From NCBI RefSeq assembly GCF_002113885.1, contig NW_018408780.1, positions 245,543 through 309,542 on the forward strand: 64,000 nt of DNA, in the 5' to 3' direction. The translations under genes were made by a program, and so were the position numbers. This document shows, one piece after another, positions 12,201 to 24,200 of the stretch (positions within the stretch are counted from its first letter, which is position 1; the number at the start of each line of letters is the position of its first letter). Origin of the DNA: Mizuhopecten yessoensis. Taxonomy: Eukaryota. The notes under the pieces were generated by a model that did no database searches, was not told where the DNA came from, and saw only the letters and a program-made list of their open reading frames with translations.

Positions 12201-15200
12201 AAAGGTGACTGTCCTTTAAAGTTAAAACAATGATTGTTCAAGCTGAAATATGACTATCACCTGGATAAATATAATTCGTTATTGTAGTAAATGCCACTTA
12301 TCTCACTAAATATGATAAAATACTATTAATATATAAACTTATATATATGATTACTGGCAATTAAAGCAAAATGTATGGCAAATAAATGATAAATACTGTC
12401 ATTTAATAAAAAAATTATACCCGAATAAATTATTGGTTTGTAGCACTGCGTTATAACCTGTAAATAACATAAGCTTTTAAGAATGTCAGAAAATGGACAG
12501 CAACTTTGGAGTGAACTTTCAGTGTTCTCAGGAAGGGTTTCCATCCGTTTTAGTTTGTAAATGGTCAGAAGATCATTGCACAATTACCGAGTCAAGTTTC
12601 TTTGATGTATAATGGCTAATTATACAGATATCTTATGAGTTTGATTGGCAACAGTGACCAAAGAAAGTAACTCGCGGGAAAGACATTGAAAATACTAAAA
12701 CAAAGTATTGGTAGATATTTTCACTGGGATAATGTTACTTTTTTGACCAGCAAGAGTCCCACTTCACTGAGTGGTAAGCTCTTTCCCGAGGCCAAGGACT
12801 ACAGTCTGCCTTCAAGGGATACTAGTGCGTTATATGTAATACATTGACTATATTTCGTGAGTGTCCATTCTGCAACATTATTTTTTATTAAGCCCAACAT
12901 TTAGACTAACGCTTGTGTCGACCTTACGACCACCACTAGAAATATAGATCCCGTGGAGGGGGGGTTACAAACTTACAAGAATCTGTAACCAACATCTGTA
13001 TCAACCAAGATACTGATATCACTGCAAATGGTAGTAAAAGTTTGCATCTTGTGGCTTGGAATGTTGTTTTTTAAGACATTTTAAACATAGATAGAATGTG
13101 TGTATATACCTGCTAGAGACAATACTTTCAAAAATGACATATTTTGAGTTGTTCTTTCAGATAAAATCATTAGTTCTTAGATTACAGGAACAGTTTAGCA
13201 ATAATTCACTGGTTGAAAATACGTCACCCACCTAAGGGAGAGAAGGCAAGCATGACTACAAAGGTATAATAACAACAAAAACATATACCGGTAGACTTAA
13301 ACATTTTTTATGCAAATAATTATGATTAAGTGTTAGATGGCCCCCTGTGATAAATTTATATACAGTTATAGACTGGGCAGGAGGCAAATAGTTTTTTTTA
13401 TTACCCTTGAAGGCAAACTATTTTATGAGGCCAAAGGCATGCAAGAACTTCATAAAGTAGTGTAGACTGTATTTTGTGTGACTATTCTACTTGTAAACAA
13501 CTAACCTCCATACTTACTTAGCAAGCTGTACGGGTGGCCTGAGAAAGAATCACAGAGCATCTGGATATACTGAAATACTTGTAAGCCTAGCATGACCAGA
13601 TGCATTGTGGGGATGAATTTGTATCTCCGATTAAATTCTTTCAATTCAAAATCATATTCCTCTAAATAACACAAAGACAAAAAGAAAAATTTATAACTTT
13701 ATCTGCATGTCCAAATAATTATTCAAATTCTTTTACAGAAAATCTTTTGAACAAAAATTTTCAAATTTTAATTATATTCAATACTTTGTTAATATTTTTT
13801 TTTAAATCACAAAATGTTAATCTGAACATTTTTTTATGAAATTAAAACCATTTTTAGTTAAAACGCTCAGTCTTAATTATAAAGATTATGTTATGGAAGA
13901 AATTGCTTTGACCATATTTATGTGAATTGGCTATAGGTCTTGTCTTTGGGAAGATATTGAGTCTACGAAGGAAAGCATGCAAACACACAGTTATACGTAC
14001 ATTACTGCAAAGAAATGTACACGACTGAAGTACAGAATAGATAGTTACTGGCACTGATCTACCTAAACATCACCGACAGAAGTTCTTCTGCAACTAATGG
14101 TGGATTATCTAATGTTCATTTAACACAAGTTTGTTAAAAACTGTATAAAATACTATTTTAAAATTAACTTATTAGAGTTGGATAAACATAATAACCATTT
14201 TTGTTGGAAATACTATACAAGATTCCTATTTTTGATGAGGTTCCCATTTACCATGAATCATTACACCACAATGGAGGAGGGCTGGCCAATGACAAGTGTG
14301 TGTGTGTGTTGGTGTGTATGTGTTTGTGTGTGGGGAGGGGAGGGGCCCCTGTATGGCTTGTTTGGAGTTATTATATGTGTTCTGCATGAAAAATTCAGTT
14401 AAAAAAACAAAACTTATATTGAGAAAATTTTTAAACTGAATTTCTACAATCAGACTGGGGGGAAAAGTCCACATATAATTGGTAAGGAGCTGAACATCGG
14501 CATAATTTATAGAAGGAGCGAGTGCTTGTCTGCTACTAAAAGTTTGGTTTGCCCATTGATACAAATATATTCATTTTTGATAAAAAAAAAAAACTTATTT
14601 AATAATCATTACCATTAATTGTTTTGCAATTAGCAAACATACATAGATATACAGCTAAACCTGCCTTATCCAACCCCTGAGTATTCTGTCAACTGTCAAA
14701 TCTGACATACAGCTGCAATTCATTTCTTATGAAAGCTAATTAATAATGCAGGTTTAATTAATCTTTCACTTCCTTGTCGGATCCAAGAGGGTCTAAGATT
14801 TGACAGGTTTTTCTGAAATAATCCAAGCAATTGAAAATAAGCAGTGAGCTTCTATGACTTTCTCTCCTAACATTGGTAAAATAAAGAATTATTTTTTGAC
14901 TAGGCAACTATAAATTAATTCTTTGCTCATTGGAATTTCTAAAACTTAACTAATTCAGGTGTTCCTCATCATTCCATTTATAATTATTTGGCTGTGATGG
15001 AAGGGGAAACACTGCCCCTCTTTGCCTTATTTCAAAGAATAAAAAACAAATATTTAATTTATTTGGATTACCTCCCTTTGTGCTGCATATATATAAAAGG
15101 TAAACTTTGCTCCTTTTTTAATTTATTTCAAGGTTTCATCAGAATCTGAAAATATTCGTTAGGGTATTGAATGGAAACCATCAATCAATTAAAGTGATGT

Positions 15201-18200
15201 ATGGTTTATAATTTTACATATTTTTGCCCAATTTCAAACTCAGTCTGAGCCTGCGAACAGATTTGACGGGCAGAACACGAGAAACAGGCATGTGAACAGA
15301 TTTGACGGGCAGATCTCGAGAAACAGGCATTCTCCATACCCTAATCGGACACAATTTTGACAGATATGTTATACAATTTATTACCTAAATCTGGTTGATT
15401 TTTCTTGTTCAGCGAGTCATTTTTTATTAGTATTTTTATTAAGATAACTGGATAGCTGTTTATTTCATCACAACCTAAGAAACATAAAAACAAGGAATTG
15501 AAATTTCAGTGTCCATGTACTTTTTTAGGCAAAACAAAAACTCTGTTTAAATAAGGTAAAATGTATACATTTTTGCAATATATTATTTTCTTTCATAACT
15601 GAAATTCAAGAAGTTTTGGTCCACAAAAACTGTGGCTAACAAGGGAACTATATGTAAGGATAAAACTAAAGCAGGAAGGATTGGACTAGAGGTTACATAT
15701 ATTGATGTGTGTATATAGACATATCAGCTTCAGATTCACTGATAACTTACTTTGTTGGCTTTTTACTGTAAACATAGTAATGGTAATGTCATTAGTCTGT
15801 CATCTGTAGAAAATTAACATAAATATTATGTAACTAAAAATGTCCATCTCCTTGTTAAAAAATAATGTCCGTCCCCAAATCCACCTCCTTGTTAGAAAAT
15901 AATGTCCATCCCCAAGTCCACCTCCTTGTTAAAAAATAACATCCATCCCCAAGTCCACCTCCTTGTTAGAAAATAATACCCATCCCCAAGTCTTCATCCT
16001 TGTTAGAAAATAATACCCATCCCAAAGTTCATCTCCTTGTTAAAAATTAACATCCAACGCGAAGTTCACCTCCTTGTTAAAAAATAACAACCATCCCCAA
16101 ATTAACCTGCTTGTTAAGAAATAACATCCATCCCCAAGTTCACCGCCTTGTTAAAAAAAAACATCCATCCCCAAGTTCACTGCCTTGTTAAAAAAATAAC
16201 ATCCATCCCCACGTTCATCCCCTTGTTAAAAAATAACATCCATCCCCAAGTTCACCGCCTTGTTAAAAAATAACATCCATCCCCAAGTTCACCTCCTTGT
16301 TAAAAAATAATATCCATCCCGAAGTTCACCTCCTTGTTAAAAATTAACATCCATCCCCACGTTTATCCCCTTGTTAAAAAATAACATCCATCTCCAAGTT
16401 CACCGCCTTGTTAAAAAATAACATCCATCCCCAAGTTCACTGCCTTGTTAAAAAAATAACATCCATCTCCAAGTTCACTGCCTTGTTAAAAAATAACATC
16501 CATCCCCAAGTTCACTGCCTTGTTAAAAAAATAACATCCATCCCCAAGTTCACTGCCTTGTTAAAAAATAACATCCATCCCCAAGTTCACTGCCTTGTTA
16601 AAAAAATAACATCCATCCCCAAGTTCACCGCCTTTTTAAAAAATAACATCCATCCCCAAGTTCACTGCCTTGTTAAAAAATAACATCCATCCCCAAGTTC
16701 ACTGCCTTGTTAAAAAAATAACATCCATCTCCAAGTTCACTGCCTTGTTAAAAAATAACATCCATCCCCAAGTTCACTGCCTTGTTAAAAAAATAACATC
16801 CATCCCCAAGTTCACTGCCTTGTTAAAAAATAACATCCATCCCCAAGTTCACTGCCTTGTTAAAAAAATAACATCCATCCCCAAGTTCACCGCCTTGTTA
16901 AAAAATAACATCCATCCCCAAGTTCACTGCCTTGTTAAAAAAATAACATCCATCCCCACGTTCATCCCCTTGTTAAAAAATAACATCCATCTCCAAGTTC
17001 ACCGCCTTGTTAAAAAATAACATCCATCCCCAATTTCACTGCCTTGTTAAAAAAATAACATCCATCCCCACGTTCATCCCCTTGTTAAAAAATAACATCC
17101 ATCCCCAAGTTCACCGCCTTGTTAAAAAAATAACATCCATCCCCACGTTCATCCCCTTGTTAAAAAATAACATCCATCCCCAAGTTCACTGCCTTGTTAA
17201 AACGTTTTATTTGCACGCCTTTAAAAATGTTATTCAGAAAGAGGACAAAACAAGATCAATAACTATTTTGAAAAACATACGCTTAGGGTGATTCTAGTAA
17301 ATGCATCCTGTCTACTTTGTGCTGGATAAACACATGGTGGGTATAGATTTTCAACAATCAAAAACACTGCATGGGCCTTTTGGAGAGCAAAACTTTTGAT
17401 TGGAAGAGATTTTGTTTTTCCCTGCTGGAATTTTTTTGTGGGGGATGTGATCAATCAAATGTGAGAGTCGTCTACAAACAAGACATTTGGAATTGTCATC
17501 AAGGACACAAATGGTAAATCTTGGTTCTATATATTCTTAGTCTTTGGAATGTACACTGTAATATGGTAATTAGTCTACTTTCACAATCGCATATTATAAT
17601 TAGAGTTACTTCCCCTGAAATTTACAAGAACAAGGCTCAGCCACAAATCAGTTATCTGTACCTTCCTTTAGGCATCTAGCAATAGTTGGAATATGGAATA
17701 TATATAAAGCATACTGACTGGAGGGTTTAGCTCATTCACCCCTGAAGACACATTTTAACTCTTCCAAATCAAAGGTTGGAATAGTTCATTTTGAAATTTC
17801 AGGGGTGAATGAGTTAAGTGAACAACTGTATATCAACAACATATAACACACGGTTTGTTATCACACCACACAGCACTCCAACCCGCTACCACTAGTAAAG
17901 CACCAGAAGCAACAGAACAATGCCAGTATAAAACTGTACCAATACTTGACAGAGAAAATCCAATTATGAAATAATAGATTTCATTAAAAATCCATTTGAA
18001 TGAAAGCAATACAGTATTGTACCAAAAACTATCAAATGATATAGACTTCTTGAATTTTTGGAAGATAATAATCAAATAATCTAGCAACGCTGCTTACAAA
18101 ATTTCTCAAAAAAGTAGCAATTAAACAAATTAAAGTTGTGTACAAATATTTTACAAGCCAAATAATTATGTTTTCCGCATTAAAAAATCTTCTTCATGAA

Positions 18201-21200
18201 ATATTACTTTAAAAAACAAAAATTGAAACTGTACAAAAAATGTTTTGTGGCAAAAAATAATCATATTAATTGACAATAAAGTTTGTAGAGTTTGTTTTTG
18301 AGATGAGACAGAGAAATCAGCTCCACTTCCCCGAGTGCTACCGCTAGCCCCATTGTATCAGGAGCATTAAGATATACTCCCATTGACTAGACAACTTTTC
18401 AACTCATGGATCCTTGGAAATCTGAGAAAAAGAGAAACGTGACTGTATTACCGATATGTATATACTGGAGAACTGTTTTCTTCATATTTACCATAGATTT
18501 CATAGATTTAAAGCATTGGAGATCTACATTTGCCACTTTAAACCCTCAGTCAGATAAAAATATCGTAATGTTTTTACCAACAACAAGAAAGAAGAGGTCT
18601 AAAGGGTTTTGAATCGCTCACCTATGATTTTGTTAATGTATGATTTATAAATACCAATGAAAGCTATCTTGGATTTCAAATATGTACAAAAAGTAAATAG
18701 CACTACTTTTTTACCAATCTACATGATGAAACTGCTAGATTGAGTGGAAAAAAAGACCCAACCCATCAGGGGTCATGATCATGGATGTGAACTTTGAACT
18801 TTGATTGGACTCAAAAAAGAAAAAAAAAAAGAAAAAAAACATTCATTTGGAGTCATACATATGAGGACCTTTCCTTAAACGATATGTCAAAAAACTTTTA
18901 TTATCACAATGACTAGTTTGAATAAGATTTGAAAAAGAAATTGAAAGACATATTGAAATGTACTATGGCATAATGCATTTAGTTCATTTAATTGGACTAA
19001 GTGATATATAAAAATGGTAAAATGAAAAATAAATATAACAAAATAACTGTTTGGATCAGAAAATGTAATTTGCTATTTCAGAACCTGACTCATAACATGG
19101 AACTCACATAAACCCTGACACTACTTATAAGTCATAATCAGTCATTACTTGATTGGTAAATAATGATAACATTGTAACAAACGTTGTTGATTGTCTTGGC
19201 ACTTCCCATCACTACTGAAACGAGTAAAATAGTCAGTAGAAGTGACATCCGCTCCCCACAGAAGCTCCTGGGTTGTGGGTGTAAGCATAATAATTATGCT
19301 GGAAAATGAACATTTGTTCAGATTCCATACCATAATATGCCACCTTGTCACCTCAAAATTAACAGCGATATTCCTCTTCCAACATTTGGTTTAGATCGGA
19401 TGTATTGTTCAAGTGATATCAACCAGAAAGCATCATTTTCACAAAATTTCAATTAATTTATAGTTAGTATGACCTTGACCTTTGACCTAGTATTTCCAAA
19501 ATGGATTGAAAAGTACACCAGCCTTATGCTATGATAGATATAACTCTACAATCTCCATATTTCAGTAATTTTGATGCTATATGTGATTTGCCTGAAGTAA
19601 ATTTAAGTGAGCAATATTATGTCCAACATACTGACACATAATCTAGGTCACATGTAACTGTTTTCTCTGTAGTTTAAAAATTACTATTATTTTATCATCG
19701 ACAATCTGTTAGACACTTGTGTGTTTTTTTCAACATTTAATGGTTCATAAGTTTTCATAAAAGATTCCATTTTGTAAACAACTGTAATTCTGAACAGCAA
19801 TTATAGACTGATCACATTCAACAAATCACAGGAGCTGTAACATTATCTACTGAACATTCAACCAATCACAACCAATCACAGGAGCTGTAACATTATCGAC
19901 TGTACATTCAACCAATCACAGGAACTGTAACATTATCGACTGTACATTCAACCAATCACAGGAACTGTAACATTATCGTCTGTACATTCAACCAATCACA
20001 GGAGCTGTAACATTATTGACTGTAGTATTATAAGCCACACAAGCATCTTGTGTACCATGTATTGTTCTAGGCTCGGTTATAACCGGAACAAGGACGTAAA
20101 GCCCCACCAATCAATCAATCAATCATGTGTACCATGTATCTATATCATAGACATACAGTGTAGAGTCTGAACTGTGCCCTGTACAAATACTGTGGTTACT
20201 GGTAACTGAGAACTGTGGTTAACTGTTATGCCTTTACTCAGCTTAACCTTCATCAAATCTTAGCATAGCAAAATGTAAAGAAAGGAGGTTTTGTTTCTCC
20301 TTCCAAATGGTTTTCAACATTAATTAACTATCAACTTTTGCTTAAGAGCAATAATATGGACCTGGCTAATTAAATGATGAAAAAGTTACACAGTAATACA
20401 TGCATACATGCTGACCTCAGTTATCTAAGGGAGCTTAACTAACATAAACTACATGTAAAATGTGTCATATGGTACACCAATATATCCTTCAAACTAAGAT
20501 CAAACTGTCACAAAATCACATGCATAATTGCTAAATATCGTCCTGCATATTTAGCCAGGTCTTAGGTATAAAGTATTTTAAAACATAAATTAATATAAAG
20601 TGATCATGATCTTATTAACTTATTATAACATCAAATATATATCAGTGTTCCCTCAGAATTTTGCATTTTGGGGTATATTTGATACATTGATCTTCAAGAT
20701 TCTGTACCCCCTAGGTATGTATAAGGCAATTCTTGAAAACTGAGGGTACAGCCAACTGTTTTGGCGGTGAAAAACCCCTCATTTAGGGTTTCTAGGAACA
20801 CTGATAGATACATACATGTATATAGTAATTACATCTGAAATGTGAAATTAACACTGGCCAAATATGGACTTTACCATTAAAGTTTGAACACATGATTGGT
20901 GAAAGTTTCACAATACACAATTGTCCTCAGGAATCCTGGAGGAGGAGTAAAGTTGAGTACATGTGTTGAGGTTTTGTGAAGGAGGAGTGAAGTTAAGTAC
21001 ATGGGTTGAGGTTTTGTGAAGGGGGAGTGAAGTTAAGTACATGGGTTGAGGTTTTGTGAAGGAGGAGTGAAGTTAAGTACATGGGTTGAGGTTTTGTGAA
21101 GGAGGAGTGAATTAAGATCACACATGAGTCTACCCTTTATCACAGATGCTAAGCCTGTGTTTGGTATTACGCTACACCCACTTCCACTTTGTTGAACAGA

Positions 21201-24200
21201 AATTTTACCATAATTCACCAGCAATAAACACCCCTTGTTAAACCCATTCACCACTGTAGACCATAATAGACTCATCCAGATGAGTGTATGGTAGAGTCTA
21301 CTCAAGTTACCTAGGGATGAAAGGGTTAAAAGAAAATTTTACCTTAATTCTAGTATCCAGAATAAAGATTTTTTCTGGATTAATGACACTGATTTTGTAA
21401 TTGAAAATCAGTCCTCACCCTCCCTTCCACTTCTACTTCTTTACCCCAGTAAAACACACCATTTGTATAGAGAACCATTGGGACACCAGGTGTATATATA
21501 TGGGAGAGAAAGGGATAGCTTACGATGTTAATTCGGAGTCAGCTCCTTCTAATAGTTCAGCCTTCGGAGGGAGTCTCCCTGAAAACAGTGTAAAACGTTC
21601 AAGCTACAATAAGTGCAATGCAGAATTTTAAAGTCACAAGACAGAAAAGACAGTTAAGCGATTGTGAATGACAAAAAAACATTAAGAAAAATGAACCTTA
21701 TATGCATGTTATGAATTTTATTGGAAAAGTTTATTTTTAGTATGTTCTGGTTTCACGTCATGCCTATACTTTCAAATTTTTACAGAACTACCAGGTATCT
21801 GAATATCGATTTAAGGGATGATTCTTACTGTTGTAATATGTTAATAAATATTGTTCTGAATACTGAAATTTGTATGTTTATTGGTAATAACAATACTATA
21901 AGTGATATATGATTTAAACAATATGTTTGGTTGATATTCTTTGTGGGACTCAAGTAGGTCACAATACCATCTGTTTGATGTTTTGATGTACAAGTATTTC
22001 ATCTTTATAAAATGTTTCAGGAATAGAATGGGATACTTAGAAAACAAGACAACACTCGTTCATAGAAAAAAAAGTTAGATACAATGTATCGGTATATTAT
22101 TCAATGTTGAGGAAATAGTTTCTGGAAAAAAAGTATTGGGAGAAAAGTGCAACACCATATAAACACAACTGGTTTTCTATTCATATTCACTCTCTAAACT
22201 CTAAACAAACAAAATAACTGGGATTTTTATTGGAAAAAATCAAAACAAATCAGAAGAAAAGTTTTAAGTGCAATTGTGCCAAATAATTGTGGTATCACTG
22301 TACTGAAGTCAAAAAAGGCGTGCTGAAACGATCTGGTAATAAAGACATAATAAGCACACCAGCTCTCCTTACAAGGCTATTTCCGACTCTGGTCCCTCCA
22401 AAAGTTCCGACTTTTGGGGCATCCATCCTGTAAACAGATCACCATACTACTGTACTACTGTACACACTACTGTCAAATAACTGTACACATTACTGTACAT
22501 ATAACTGTACACACTACTGCACATATCACTGTACATATTACTGTACTACTGTACATATAACTGTACACACTACTGTACATATTACTGTACTACTGTACAT
22601 ATAACTGGACACACTACTGTACATATTACTGTACTACTGTACACACTACTGTACATATTACTGTACAAATTACTGTACTACTGTACATATAACTGTACAC
22701 ACTACTGTACATATTACTGTACTCCTGTACATATAACTGTACATATTACTGTACAAATTACTGTACTACTGCACATATAACTGTACACACTACTGTACAT
22801 ATTACTGTACTACTGTACATATATGTATGCGAGATGTTATCTCTCTATTGTAGAGTTTCCGGATCCACTGTATGTCTACATGTTTTAGATTATGTGTGTT
22901 ATCATTCTTGTGTCCTTAAGTATCCAAATAGAAAAAATGACCATATGGTGAAGTAAAAATGTATTCTTTGCTTGTCGTTCTGTATCCATATTTTCTTTTT
23001 ATTGAATAGGTGCTTCATTACAATTATTTGGTTATAATGACAGCCAACTATGTAAACTGAATTAAATTTGCCAAGATTCCCTATTTGATGATGTCTGGTC
23101 ATCTCCTCTTTTGAATTTTTTGGCTAGACCATCCTCGATATCCAGGGGTTACGCTTACTTTCGCTCTCTACACCCCTGGAATATGTCATGGCAACATTGA
23201 AGGCACGAAGATAGCTGTTTGATTGGTCTCAGGTATAAAAAACTGACCAATCGCTAGGCTGATACCTGTCCTTTGAAGATTTCAAAGGAGAGACGCCCGA
23301 CTTCAAAGCCTGTCAATTTTTACCGTTACGTTACATGAACGCGAGATTCTTTTGATGTACATCAAAGGATCGGAATTAGTCTTGAACAAGGTGGCGCACA
23401 TCTATTTTGCCATGACATATTCCAGGGGTGTAGAGAGCAAACGTAAACGTAACCCCTGGATATCGAGGATGTGGCTAGACTAGTGAACTCCATTTAAGAA
23501 TCCCTTAACTGGAGTAAGCAGAATTTCGCTGAACATTCACTAGCAGATGTTGGATCTAATTTTCCTTTGTATCCATAATTATTTTTCATTTCAAGTGATT
23601 ATGACTAGTAAATCTATACAATTTAACTGATTATAGGATGGTGCCACAATAATCTTAACTACTGCCTTACGAGGTCAAGGCCAATTTTTCCTGAAAGTGC
23701 TATACAAATAGTCTACATAATATAATATGACTATCTAAGTTGTCTAAATAGTTGATTTTAAAATAGGTAGAGACGACAAAAAATTATATCTATCATATTG
23801 TTGATACTGAAAAATGCTTTAATTTCGCAGGATTAACTTATCAGACTGGTTACTGTCAAATTCACCCTATAATGCTATTAACAGTCAAGCCTTTTTTTTT
23901 CAAAGTGGAATTTTTCATTGTATATTGTTCACAGATCTATATATTTATATACCAGATATGTTAATTTTAACATGTACAATATACTGTCAAATGTATAATA
24001 TGCAAAAGGTTGAATAAAAACATGTTAATTTGAAAACAGTCAAGGCTTACTTATACTGTATCACAATGGTAATTAATGTGTAATGAAGGGTAAATATTTT
24101 GAATATATTTTCAGGCCATAAGTTTTAAGCAGATTTGACCTCTGTGATATAAAAGCACTATACATCATCCTTTCCTACAAGCTTTATATATATAATCATC

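Noticed and set aside
15385-15390. Second possible 6-nt micro-exon (ATTTAG)
   Set aside because: Upstream sequence is purine-rich with no pyrimidine tract.
16408-17291. Repetitive ORFs of 91-116 aa
   Set aside because: Product of the 75-bp satellite dimer.
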